DNA of 64,000 nucleotides from Buttiauxella sp. (GTDB lineage Bacteria; Pseudomonadota; Gammaproteobacteria; Enterobacterales; Enterobacteriaceae): NCBI RefSeq assembly GCF_049686335.1, contig NZ_JBAVHX010000006.1, positions 1,083 to 65,082 of the forward strand, read 5' to 3'. Shown piece by piece: positions 52,501 to 64,000 of this stretch (position 1 is its first letter; each line of letters starts with the position of its first letter). The notes under the pieces were generated by a model. It saw only the letters and a program-made list of their open reading frames with translations, ran no database searches and was not told where the DNA came from. The position numbers and the translations under genes were made by a program.

Positions 52501-53359
52501 GGGCGAAAGCAACGCGATTGATTTCCGGGAGTGGCCTGATTTGCAGCTGCGCTGTGCAGAATGTTGGCTGTGGGGGCAGAAATATGGCCGCATTGACGGT
52601 GATTTCGCGGTTAAAGGGAACACGCTTGAACTGGAAAACGGTTTAATCGATTCTGGATTTGCAAGGCTCACCGCCAGTGGCCAGTGGGTGAACAACCCGG
52701 CAGAAGAACGCACATCGTTAAAAGGTAACTTACACGGTACTAAACTCGATGCGGCGACTAACTTCTTTGGCATCAAGACGCCAATTCAGGGTTCCTCGTT
52801 TGATGCGGACTATGATTTACACTGGCGCGACAAACCGTGGCAGCCGGATGTGGCCTCATTAAACGGCATCCTGCATACCAAACTGGGCAAAGGGCAAATT
52901 GCCGATTTGGGTACCGGCCACGCTGGGCAATTGCTACGCCTGGTCAGTGTCGATGCGTTGATGCGTAAACTGCGTTTCGACTTCAGCGACACCTTCGGCG
53001 ATGGCTTCTACTTTGACTCCATCCGCAGCACCGCCTGGATTAAAGACGGCGTACTGCATAGCGATGACACGCTGGTGGACGGGCTGGAAGCCGATATTGG
53101 CATGAAGGGCTCTGTCGATTTAGTGAAACGTCGCCTCGACGTTGAAGCGGTCATTGCACCTGAAATTTCTGCTACCGTCGGCGTGGCAACGGCATTTGTG
53201 GTGAACCCGATAATCGGCGCCGCCGTGTTTGCCGCCAGTAAAGTGTTAGGGCCGCTGTGGAGCAAAATCTCGGTACTGCGCTACCACATCACCGGTCCAG
53301 TCGATAAACCGCAAATCAATGAAGTGCTTCGCCAGCCAAGGCATAAGGAAGCTAAGTGA
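49559..53359 (+). CDS. yhdP: AsmA-like phospholipid bridge YhdP
   Basis: GTG start at 49559 after AAGGAG gives 1266 aa; between rng and tldD. Confidence 0.96.
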   Translation: MRRLPGILLLTGATLIVIVALLVSGLRLVLPHLNAWRPALLEKIEAMTGAPVDASQIQANWENFGPTLDVRDIKAGLKDGGELKVKRVTLALDLWQSILHARWQFRDLTFYQLQVRTNTPLSRNKGDSKLEPGKISDLFLRQFDHFDLRDSSLSFLTISGQRAELTIPQLTWLNTKNRHRAEGLVSLSSFNGQHGVAKVRMDLRDENGLLNIGKVWLQAENVDMKPWLGRWMKDNVDLKTAEFTLEAWMDIKAGDISGGNVWLKQGGASWAGKRSEHRLSVDNLMARVNRSGAGWDLAIPSTNITLDGKTWPKGSLALAWIAPQSVGGKENERSDELRVRATNMELESFTGLSPIAEKISPDFGEIWNTLQPRGHIDVLEVDIPLQQTENTRMQGRWKDVSWKQWKMLPGVEHFSGSVTGGVGHGQLNAQVLNAKMPYEGVFRAPLEIERAVATLEWQKNAAGFQLDGKNLDVKARSVWAAGDFRYYQPTDNEPWLGILAGISTHNGADAWRYFPENLMGKELVDYLSGAIQGGEADNATLVYGGNPHLFPYVHNEGQFQVYVPLYNAKYAFQPDWPALENLNITLDFINNGLWMKSDEVKLGGVTGRNLTAVIPDYAKQKLLVDSDISGPGSAVGLYFKDTPLKDSLSSALDELQIGGDVNARLHLDIPFNGDATTASGDVQLKNNTLLIKPLSSTLTNLNGKFSFVNGDLESEPMKATWFNQPIGIEFNTKTGEKDYKVGVNLLGDWQPTKMGIVPEPISKELSGNVPWKGDVAITLPYRGEANYKINVAADLKNVSSHLPPPVDKSAGQALPLNVAVKGDLNSFDLTGNAGPKNHFASRWLLSKKLTLDRAIWATNSHTVPPLPDNSGLELDLPAMDGAQWLAIFSHGAVESVGNSASFPTNVTLRTPSLTFAGQQWNNLSLLSHAIPNGTRVEAQGREVNGSLTMQNNAPWRAAIKYLYFNPDWGNSTAKSTSASPLGESNAIDFREWPDLQLRCAECWLWGQKYGRIDGDFAVKGNTLELENGLIDSGFARLTASGQWVNNPAEERTSLKGNLHGTKLDAATNFFGIKTPIQGSSFDADYDLHWRDKPWQPDVASLNGILHTKLGKGQIADLGTGHAGQLLRLVSVDALMRKLRFDFSDTFGDGFYFDSIRSTAWIKDGVLHSDDTLVDGLEADIGMKGSVDLVKRRLDVEAVIAPEISATVGVATAFVVNPIIGAAVFAASKVLGPLWSKISVLRYHITGPVDKPQINEVLRQPRHKEAK

Positions 53360-53412
53360 TTTGACGCGCGCAGTTAATTGCCTCAAGCTCAATAGATATC
53401 TCCAATCGATAG

Positions 53413-54879
<1,467 letters not shown>

Positions 54880-54887
54880 AAATCTTA

Positions 54888-54908
54888 CAGCCGGGTTAAT
54901 CCCGGCTG
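54888..54908. terminator. Hairpin at the tldD/aaeR convergence
   Basis: CAGCCGGG-ttaat-CCCGGCTG; the aaeR stop lies in its loop. Confidence 0.5.
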
Positions 54909-55843
54909 ATTTCATTTGTACGTCCTTTCTTGTCTCGTACCCCTTGATACAGGTGCGAAACCTTCACGAAATATTCCGTCAGATAGTTAATACAAACCTG
55001 CACTTTCAGCGGCAACTTATCTTTCTCTGTATACAACGCATAGACCGGACGCGGATCGGACTGATAACGCGGCAGTAAGATCTCAAGCGTGCCGTCATTG
55101 ATCTCATCGATCACCCACATCAATGGGACATACGCGATCCCCGCGCCCACTTTTAGCCAACGGCTTAAGGTCATTGGATCGTTGGTAACGAATCGCCCTT
55201 GCGGGATCATCTTCGTGGTAAGCCCTTCAGGTGCGATCAACTCGAATTCATTATGCGGACGAATGCTGTACTCAAGCCAGGAATGACTGGCAAGATCGGC
55301 GGGTTTTTCCGGGGTGCCATTTTGTTGCAGATAGCTTTTGGCGGCGCAAATCACCATCGGCATCGAGCCGAGGCGTGTCGAGAACAGGCTGGAATCCTGC
55401 AAAGCACCGACACGAATCACCACGTCCAGACCATCAGCGATCAAATCAGGGGCGGGTATGCCAGTTACCAGATTAACGGTTAACTCAGGATACTCTTTGA
55501 GCATATCGGCGGTCATGGACGCGAGGACATTTTGTGCCATAGTTGAAGAACTGCCAATACGCAGCGTCCCGATGGGGGTGTTGTTGAAGGCGTAGAGTTG
55601 TTCGTGCACCTCTTGCGCTTCATGTAACATTTTACGGCAGCCCAGGTAGTAGATTTTACCGGCTTCAGTGAGCCCGATGCTGCGCGTACTGCGGTTTAAA
55701 AGCTTAACTTGCAACTCGTCTTCAAGCTTGGAAACGGTTTGGCTGATGGACGATACGCTCATTTCCAGTTGCCTTGCCGTGGCGGTAAATGAGCCAAGTT
55801 CGACAACTTTGGCAAAAACCCACATGCGCTTAAGTCTTTCCAT
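54896..55843 (-). CDS. aaeR: LysR regulator of aaeXAB
   Basis: N-terminal LysR HTH; divergent from aaeX. Confidence 0.95.
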   Translation of the reverse strand: MERLKRMWVFAKVVELGSFTATARQLEMSVSSISQTVSKLEDELQVKLLNRSTRSIGLTEAGKIYYLGCRKMLHEAQEVHEQLYAFNNTPIGTLRIGSSSTMAQNVLASMTADMLKEYPELTVNLVTGIPAPDLIADGLDVVIRVGALQDSSLFSTRLGSMPMVICAAKSYLQQNGTPEKPADLASHSWLEYSIRPHNEFELIAPEGLTTKMIPQGRFVTNDPMTLSRWLKVGAGIAYVPLMWVIDEINDGTLEILLPRYQSDPRPVYALYTEKDKLPLKVQVCINYLTEYFVKVSHLYQGVRDKKGRTNEISRD

Positions 55844-56002
55844 TGTTAACTCTGGCTTAAAAGTGATTTAGATCACAGATTATAGATAACTAGCTAACAA
55901 TTACGTTAATATATTATTACTAACACAATCCGTAACTTTTGTTAGCGCAGCGTTCCTGGCTGTGCCAGGGCTTGTGTATTCTGGATTTTCTTCAAGGTTA
56001 AC

Positions 56003-56206
56003 ATGAGTCTATTTCCCGTTATCGTGATTTTCGGTCTTTCTTTTCCGCCGATATTCTTCGAGCTAATTCTTTCGCTGGCGCTGTTCTGGTTGGTTCGCCG
56101 TCTGCTGACTCCGACGGGGATTTATGATTTTGTCTGGCATCCGGCATTATTTAATACAGCGCTTTATTGCTGCCTGTTTTATCTGATCTCGCGCCTGTTT
56201 GTCTGA
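56003..56206 (+). CDS. aaeX: AaeX membrane protein
   Basis: [16 protein letters not shown], 67 aa. Confidence 0.95.
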   Translation: MSLFPVIVIFGLSFPPIFFELILSLALFWLVRRLLTPTGIYDFVWHPALFNTALYCCLFYLISRLFV

Positions 56207-56213
56207 GGTTGAT

Positions 56214-57146
56214 GTGAAAGCACTTACAACAAAAATGACCCGCACTGCCATCACGCTGATTCTGGTGCTGCTGGCTTTCATCGCTATCTTCCGTGCCTGG
56301 GTGTTTTATACCGAATCCCCATGGACACGCGACGCCCGTTTTACCGCTGATGTTGTCGCGATCGCACCCGACGTGTCCGGTTTAATTACCGATGTGAAGG
56401 TCCATGACAACCAACTGGTAAAGAAGGATCAGGTTTTATTCACCATTGACCAACCCCGTTACCAGAAGGCGCTGGAGCAGGCACAAGCAGACGTTGCCTA
56501 TTACCAGGCTTTAGCGGGAGAAAAACGTCGTGAAGCCGGGCGCCGCAATTCGTTGGGGACGCAGGCGATGTCGCGCGAAGAAATTGACCAGTCGAACAAC
56601 CTGTTGCAGACCGTTTTGCATCAGTTATCCAAGGCTGAAGCGACACGAGATTTAGCCCAACTGGATCTGCAACGTACTACTATACGTGCGCCAGCAGAGG
56701 GTTGGGTCACCAACCTGAATGTGTATACGGGTGAGTTTATTACCCGCGGTTCCACCGCTGTTGCGCTGGTCAAACGCGGGACTTTCTACATTCTGGCTTA
56801 CATGGAAGAAACCAAGCTTGACGGTATTCGTCCAGGCTATCGGGTTCAAATCACTCCGCTTGGCAGTAACCGCGTATTACGCGGGACGGTCGACAGTATT
56901 TCTGCCGGCGTAACCAATGCCAGCAGCACCCGGGATACCAAAGGGATGGCGACGGTTGATTCCAATCTTGAGTGGGTGCGTCTGGCGCAGCGTGTGCCAG
57001 TGCGTATTCGTCTTGATGAGCAACAGGCGAATATCTTCCCGGCAGGGACAACGGCCACCGTCGTCGTAACCGGCGATAAAGACCGGGATATTAACCATGA
57101 CTCGGTATTCATTAAATTCATGCATCGTCTGCGTGAGTTCGGTTAA
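56214..57146 (+). CDS. aaeA: Aromatic acid efflux membrane-fusion protein
   Basis: GTG at 56214 gives 310 aa; [20 protein letters not shown] motifs. Confidence 0.95.
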   Translation: MKALTTKMTRTAITLILVLLAFIAIFRAWVFYTESPWTRDARFTADVVAIAPDVSGLITDVKVHDNQLVKKDQVLFTIDQPRYQKALEQAQADVAYYQALAGEKRREAGRRNSLGTQAMSREEIDQSNNLLQTVLHQLSKAEATRDLAQLDLQRTTIRAPAEGWVTNLNVYTGEFITRGSTAVALVKRGTFYILAYMEETKLDGIRPGYRVQITPLGSNRVLRGTVDSISAGVTNASSTRDTKGMATVDSNLEWVRLAQRVPVRIRLDEQQANIFPAGTTATVVVTGDKDRDINHDSVFIKFMHRLREFG

Positions 57147-57158
57147 GCGTAGGTCGAT

Positions 57159-59120
57159 ATGTATTTTATCTCGCGATTACATTTACGCTTTGCCTTCAAG
57201 CTGGCATTCGCCATTGTGTTGGCGGTGTTTGTGGGTTTCCATTTCCAACTGGAAACCCCGCGCTGGGCGGTACTGACCGCAGCGATAGTCGCCGCAGGCC
57301 CGGCGTTTGCTGCGGGTGGCGAACCCTATTCAGGGGCGATTCGTTATCGCGGGATGCTACGCATCATCGGGACGTTTATCGGCTGCTTTGCTGCACTGTT
57401 CATTATCACTTCGATGATTCGTGCACCTGTTGTGATGTTACTGGTGTGCTGTATTTGGGCCGGTTTTTGTACCTGGATTTCCTCCCTGGTCAAAGTTGAA
57501 AATTCCTATGCCTGGGGGCTTTCTGGCTACACCGCGTTAATCATTGTCATCACTATTCAGGCCAACCCTCTTGTCGCCCCTCAGTTTGCCGTTGAGCGCT
57601 GTAGTGAGATTGTGATTGGTATTGTTTGTGCGATCCTTGCCGACTTACTGTTTTCCCCGCGTTCTATTAAGCAAGAAATCGACCGCGAGCTCGATAACCT
57701 GCTGGTGGATCACTACCGGCTGATGCAGCTGTGTATTGCGCATGGTGATAAAGAGGAAGTTGATAAAGCCTGGAGCGGGCTGGTACGTCGTACGACCGCT
57801 TTGGAAGGGATGCGCGGGAATCTCAAAATTGAATCTTCCCGCTGGAGTCGTGCAAACCGCCGACTGAAAGCGATCAACGCTCTGTCGCTGACACTTATCA
57901 CCCAGGCGTGCGAAACATTCCTGATTCAAAACACGCGCCCGGAATATATGACCGCGCAATTCCGCATGCTGTTTGAGATGCCTGTTGAAACCGCTGCTGA
58001 TGTGCATAAGCAGGTGAAAGTTATCCGCCGAGCCATTTCTTATACCGGCGATAAAAATACTCCTGCCACCATCAGCAGTTGGGTTGGTGCGCTCAGCCGC
58101 TATCTGTTGCTAAAACGCGGAGTCATCAGTAACACGCGTATTAGCTCGATTGAAGAGGACGTTTTAAACCAGGAAGTGGTTATCAAAGTGCAGTCTGCGG
58201 AAGGGCATCACGCGATGATTAACTTCTGGCGTACGACCATTTCCTGCGTGCTTGGCTGCTTGTTCTGGTTATGGACGGGTTGGACATCCGGCAGTGGCGC
58301 AATGGTGATGATTGCCGTCGTCACGTCGTTGGCGATGCGTTTACCCAATCCGCGCATGGTCTCCCTCGACTTTTTATACGGCATGTTAGTCGCGCTTCCA
58401 TTAGGGGCATTCTACTTCTTAGTGATCTTGCCTTCGACTCAGCAAAGCATGTTGTTACTGTGCATCAGTCTTGCGTTGCTAGGCTTCTTTATAGGGATAG
58501 AAGTCCAGAAACGACGTCTCGGTTCGATGGGGGCGCTTGCCGGAACCATCAACGTGATTGTGCTGGATAACCCGATGACGTTTCATTTCAGCTCGTTTTT
58601 GGATAGCGCGTTGGGGCAAATTGTCGGCTGTTTCGTGGCGATGATGGTTATCTTGCTTATTCGTGATAACTCCAAGGAGCGTACCGGCCGCACCTTGCTG
58701 AACCAGTTTGTTTCTGCAGCCGTTTCCGCGCTGACAACCAATAATGCACGCCGCAAAGAGAACCATCTGCCGGCGCTTTATCAGCAACTTTTCTTGCTGC
58801 TCAATATGTTCCCGGGAGATATCGCTCGCTATCGCCTGGCGTTGACATTGATTATTGCTCACCAGCGACTGCGTGATGCACCAATACCGGTGAATACCGA
58901 TCTCTCTGCATTCCATCGCCAGTTGAGAAACACCGCAGATAAGCTGACGTCAGCAACCAGTGATGATAAAAAGCGACGTTACTTTGAGCAGTTATTAAGT
59001 GAGCTGGATATTTATCAAGAGAAGTTGCGTATCTGGGAGGCGCCGTTACAAGTCACCGAACCGGTGAAACGACTGGCAGATGTGCTGCATAAATACCAGC
59101 ATGCCTTGATAGATGCCTGA
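57159..59120 (+). CDS. aaeB: Aromatic acid efflux subunit (FUSC)
   Basis: [11 protein letters not shown] motif; operon position. Confidence 0.95.
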   Translation: MYFISRLHLRFAFKLAFAIVLAVFVGFHFQLETPRWAVLTAAIVAAGPAFAAGGEPYSGAIRYRGMLRIIGTFIGCFAALFIITSMIRAPVVMLLVCCIWAGFCTWISSLVKVENSYAWGLSGYTALIIVITIQANPLVAPQFAVERCSEIVIGIVCAILADLLFSPRSIKQEIDRELDNLLVDHYRLMQLCIAHGDKEEVDKAWSGLVRRTTALEGMRGNLKIESSRWSRANRRLKAINALSLTLITQACETFLIQNTRPEYMTAQFRMLFEMPVETAADVHKQVKVIRRAISYTGDKNTPATISSWVGALSRYLLLKRGVISNTRISSIEEDVLNQEVVIKVQSAEGHHAMINFWRTTISCVLGCLFWLWTGWTSGSGAMVMIAVVTSLAMRLPNPRMVSLDFLYGMLVALPLGAFYFLVILPSTQQSMLLLCISLALLGFFIGIEVQKRRLGSMGALAGTINVIVLDNPMTFHFSSFLDSALGQIVGCFVAMMVILLIRDNSKERTGRTLLNQFVSAAVSALTTNNARRKENHLPALYQQLFLLLNMFPGDIARYRLALTLIIAHQRLRDAPIPVNTDLSAFHRQLRNTADKLTSATSDDKKRRYFEQLLSELDIYQEKLRIWEAPLQVTEPVKRLADVLHKYQHALIDA

Positions 59121-59129
59121 CCCGAACCG

Positions 59130-59157
59130 AAGCCGACGCCCAACGTCGGCTTTTTTG
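59130..59157 (+). terminator. aaeXAB terminator
   Basis: AGCCGACG-cccaa-CGTCGGCT followed by a T tract. Confidence 0.85.
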
Positions 59158-59167
59158 TATCTATACT

Positions 59168-59294
59168 TATACCCGTCATACTTCAAGTGGCAGATGCCTT
59201 GGCTGCGTTTGCTCACCCGAATCACTTACCAGAGTAAGCTCATCGGGATTCACTCACTTGCCGCCTTCCTGCCACTCGAATTATTTTGGGTATC
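59168..59294. repeat. ERIC/IRU element copy 3 (127 bp)
   Basis: TATACCC...GGGTAT ends; GTAAGCTCATCGGGATTCAC and GCTCACCCGAATCACTTAC cores. Confidence 0.92.
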
Positions 59295-59325
59295 TTCAAT
59301 GCGCAATTTTTAACGGGAGAAAATT

Positions 59326-60780
59326 ATGACGAATCAGGCACTCCAGGATAGTGAATTATTTAACACCGGTTATCTGGTTAATGGCGAATGGCACAAGCTG
59401 AGCGAAACCTTCGACGTGCTTAATCCTGCCACGGGGGAAGTTGTCGCTAAAGTTGCAAAAGCAGGCAAGAAGGAAACCGAAGAGGCTATAACCGCCGCCG
59501 CCAAAGCTTTCCCTGCGTGGCGTGCAAAAACGGCCAAAGAACGCTCAACCATTCTCTATCGCTGGTTTCAGCTGATTATTGAGAACAAAGCCTGGCTCGG
59601 GCGCTTGATGACCACCGAACAAGGCAAGCCGCTGAAAGAAGCGGAAGGTGAAGTCGAGTACGCTGCAAGTTTCATTCAGTGGTTCGCCGAACAGGCCAAA
59701 CGGGCCAACGGTGAAATCATCCCTCCTGCAAAACCTGGCTCACGCATTCTGGCAACCCGGGAACCTGTCGGTGTGGTCGCGGCCATTACGCCGTGGAATT
59801 TCCCGATGGCGATGTTGACCCGCAAACTCGGCCCGGCACTGGCTGCGGGCTGTACTGGCGTGATTAAACCAGCAAACAACACGCCGCTGTCTGCCTTTGC
59901 TTTACTGGCACTGGCAAAAAAGGCCGGTGTACCCGATGGCGTGCTCAATGCCGTAGCCGGTAATACGCAGGAAATCAGTGATGCGATTATGGCAAGTCAT
60001 GCGGTGCGTAAGATTTCGTTTACTGGTTCTACGGCAGTCGGCAAAACATTGGTGCGAAACGCCGCGGAAACCATGAAAAAAGTGTCGATGGAGTTGGGTG
60101 GTAACGCGCCGTATATCGTCTTTGATGACGCTGACATCGACGAAGCGGTGAAAGGGGCTATCGCGAACAAATTCCGCAATGCAGGCCAGGTTTGCGTGAG
60201 CGTGAACCGCTTCTTCATTCAGGAAGGCGTTTATGACACCTTCGTCAATAAATTGGCGCAGGCTGTTAACGCGCTGAAGGTGGGCAACGGCCTGGAAGAA
60301 GGGGTCGTTGTCGGGCCACTCATTGAAAAATCTGCCGTAGATAAAGTCCGTGAGCATATTGAAGATGCGCAAGCGAAGGGCGGCAAAGTGCTGGTGGGCG
60401 GTAAGAGCCATGAGTTGGGAGGCAACTTCTGGCAGCCAACGGTGATTGTCGATGCCAGTGATGATATGAAACTGGCGCAAGAAGAAACCTTTGGTCCGCT
60501 CGCTGCCTGCTTCAGCTTTAAAACGGAAGAGGAAGTCATTGAGCGTGCCAATAACACGCCATTTGGTTTGGCGGCGTACTTCTATACTCAAAATCTGGCG
60601 CGTGTATTCCGCGTCTCCCAGGCGCTTGAGAGTGGGATGATTGGTATTAATGAATGCGCGGTATCGACTGAACTGGGGCCGTTTGGCGGCGTAAAAGAGT
60701 CTGGTCTGGGACGAGAAGGTTCAGTGCTGGGTCTGGATGAGTTTCTGGAAGTCAAAACCTTGCATATTGGCGGGCTGTAA
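59326..60780 (+). CDS. NAD(P)-dependent succinate-semialdehyde dehydrogenase (GabD-like)
   Basis: [21 protein letters not shown], catalytic GQVCVS, EETFGP motifs. Confidence 0.9.
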   Translation: MTNQALQDSELFNTGYLVNGEWHKLSETFDVLNPATGEVVAKVAKAGKKETEEAITAAAKAFPAWRAKTAKERSTILYRWFQLIIENKAWLGRLMTTEQGKPLKEAEGEVEYAASFIQWFAEQAKRANGEIIPPAKPGSRILATREPVGVVAAITPWNFPMAMLTRKLGPALAAGCTGVIKPANNTPLSAFALLALAKKAGVPDGVLNAVAGNTQEISDAIMASHAVRKISFTGSTAVGKTLVRNAAETMKKVSMELGGNAPYIVFDDADIDEAVKGAIANKFRNAGQVCVSVNRFFIQEGVYDTFVNKLAQAVNALKVGNGLEEGVVVGPLIEKSAVDKVREHIEDAQAKGGKVLVGGKSHELGGNFWQPTVIVDASDDMKLAQEETFGPLAACFSFKTEEEVIERANNTPFGLAAYFYTQNLARVFRVSQALESGMIGINECAVSTELGPFGGVKESGLGREGSVLGLDEFLEVKTLHIGGL

Positions 60781-60821
60781 CAGCTCCGAAGATAAGACCG
60801 TTCTGGTTAAGGTGGCAAGCA

Positions 60822-61094
60822 ATGAAAAAATACACCTTTGATTTTAGTCAGATAGAAGATCAGCCGGGATTCTATCGTCACTTTATCCAGGAATTTCGAC
60901 TAGAGAAAAAACAGGTTCACGATCTCGATAGTCTGTGGGATGTCGTTGTCGGGGGGCTACTACCGCTCCCGGCGGAGATTGAATTTGTTAATCTGCCAGA
61001 GATGCAAAGGCGACGTTACGGGGCTTTAATTTTGCTTTTTGATGAAGCAGAAGAGGAGCTGGAAGGGCAGTTGCGTTTTAACGTACGTGGCTAA
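60822..61094 (+). CDS. yhcO: Barstar-family protein
   Basis: [10 protein letters not shown] motif, 90 aa, syntenic position. Confidence 0.85.
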   Translation: MKKYTFDFSQIEDQPGFYRHFIQEFRLEKKQVHDLDSLWDVVVGGLLPLPAEIEFVNLPEMQRRRYGALILLFDEAEEELEGQLRFNVRG

Positions 61095-61110
61095 TCCCGA
61101 TTTCAAGGCA

Positions 61111-61135
61111 TAAAAAAGCCCCCGCGAACGGGGGC
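61111..61135 (-). terminator. yhcN terminator
   Basis: GCCCCCG-cgaa-CGGGGGC with an A6 tract (U6 on minus). Confidence 0.8.
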
Positions 61136-61162
61136 AAAGTCGTCGGGTTAGACGACGAGGGT

Positions 61163-61429
61163 TTATTTATACAGTTCAGCGGTGGCGTGCCATGTATCGC
61201 CAGAACGTGCTTCGATAACGCGATAAGCGGAAGCACCTTCTTTACTCGCTTTCTGTGATAATTCCTGACGCATATCCATTGGTGCACTACCTACCTGGCT
61301 TACGGAAATAGTACCCATAGACTGCATATTCTGTGCTTGTTCACTGTCTATCTGATGTGCAGCTGCGTTAGCGCCGAAAGAGATAACGGAAAAGAGGCTC
61401 AGTGCTGCGATAGTTAATTTGGTTTTCAT
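61163..61429 (-). CDS. yhcN: DUF1471 (BhsA/McbA) periplasmic protein
   Basis: Signal peptide; GASAYRVIEAR...WHATAELYK. Confidence 0.9.
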   Translation of the reverse strand: MKTKLTIAALSLFSVISFGANAAAHQIDSEQAQNMQSMGTISVSQVGSAPMDMRQELSQKASKEGASAYRVIEARSGDTWHATAELYK

Positions 61430-61546
61430 AATCTTTACTCCTGAAGGGTTTATATCAACGACCGGAAGGGCTTAACTGCATTTATTGTTCTTGGGGTCGT
61501 CGGTTTAGATAACTCTTTTATTGCATCTGCTTATGGCTGCTTGTTG

Positions 61547-61810
61547 TTACTTGTACAGCTCAGCTGTTGCGTGCCATTGGTCGCCAGTGCGGGCTTCGAT
61601 GATGCGGTATGAAGAAGCACCTTTCTGTTCAGCTTTTTCATTGAGCATTTGGTGCATATCCATTGGTGCACTACCTACCTGACTTACAGAGATTGAACCC
61701 ATCGCCTGACGGTCTTGCGCCTGGTCTGCATTAATTGAAGTTGCAGCGAAAGCGCCAAATGACAGCATTGAGAGCAGGCTTGCGGTAACTAAAGTTGATT
61801 TCATGTTCAT
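61547..61810 (-). CDS. DUF1471 periplasmic protein, tandem yhcN paralog
   Basis: Start set at 61810 (GAGG upstream); GASSYRIIEAR...WHATAELYK. Confidence 0.9.
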   Translation of the reverse strand: MNMKSTLVTASLLSMLSFGAFAATSINADQAQDRQAMGSISVSQVGSAPMDMHQMLNEKAEQKGASSYRIIEARTGDQWHATAELYK

Positions 61811-62195
61811 AATTTTCACCTCGTCGTATTCTTTTATCGGGGTCTTCATTCCGTGACCCTCATCACAAAATCAAGTATACACTAATAACTGGGAAAATTA
61901 ATACCACGCTAACTATTCCCTATGAAACTTTACAATAATGGAGGCTTTTTATATTACGTAAAGTTATTAAAATGAGTCTTTTATTGCTGTTATTTTGTTA
62001 AAAATAAGTAAAAACAATGAGATATTGGACTTTGACTTTTTGTGCGCTTCATCACGTAACAGGCTGAGTGGAAGTCATTTTAGAGTGGGTTAATGCGTTT
62101 TGACTGAGGTTTACAGCAGAAGGATGGCGAAGGGGAGTTTGTTAAAAAGATGTTGTTCCCGCCGTTTAATAGTAACGGGAACGTAATAGCAACGC

Positions 62196-62669
<474 letters not shown>

Positions 62670-62693
62670 TCACCCATATTCAGGTTAACGAAG

Positions 62694-62731
62694 ATAACAT
62701 TACTATGCATTTAAATGAATTTTTATGCAAA
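62694..62731. promoter_or_regulatory. Tandem ARG boxes (argR autoregulation)
   Basis: AATGAATTTTTATGCAAA (62714-62731) plus a weaker box (62694-62711), 2-bp spacer as in E. coli argR. Confidence 0.75.
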
Positions 62732-62937
62732 TTATTGGCAGGGTGAAAGCCTGAAATAATGTTATGAAAGGGGCGAATATTATCAAATTTTGTTATCGAG
62801 AAACATGCCTTCGTCACGACTCGAAAATAAGTTGGTAAGTAAACTAAATGTTATCAAAATGATGTTGTTTTGCTGCGCAGCGAGGGGTAATGTAACCGCC
62901 GTTGATGTGACAACATCAGGTTGTGACCGGGCGCTAA

Positions 62938-64000
<1,063 letters not shown>

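Noticed and set aside
59113..59313. 66-aa ORF after aaeB
   Set aside because: Spans the terminator and ERIC; no RBS; likely spurious.

Overview
Enterobacteriaceae chromosome (not E. coli K-12; species not determinable here). The conserved backbone runs yhdZYXW-yhdV ... fis-dusB-prmA-panF-yhdT-accCB-aroQ-msrQP-csrD-mreBCD-yhdE-rng-yhdP-tldD-aaeR-aaeXAB-gabD-like-yhcO-two yhcN-argR-mdh. Between yhdV and fis, where E. coli K-12 has yhdJ-yhdU-acrSEF, lies a ~29 kb accessory region with two parts. (1) A group-3-type ABC-transporter capsule locus: JUMPstart/ops, lipoprotein, kpsDMTE, biosynthesis genes, ugd, rmlBDA without rmlC, kpsCS, then a convergent TraF-like barrel gene. (2) A ~2.8 kb decayed mobile element next to the fis terminator, holding an IS911-like remnant, an intact DUF4225-like/small membrane protein pair, and resolvase and satellite-like pseudogenes. 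Best candidate for an undescribed system: a methyltransferase + ~470-aa coiled-coil protein resembling a WbdD-like terminator/ruler, next to a WbsX-like/RgpF-like protein. The two share a tail-to-head FDxxWYxxxYPDV module, yet the capsule's KpsT has no cap-reading domain. Other signals read from the DNA: two RcsAB-like boxes, a possible vestigial tail of a displaced kpsC, three 127-bp ERIC elements and a 28-nt identical tract between the yhcN paralogs. All family assignments come from recognising motifs by eye; no database searches were run.
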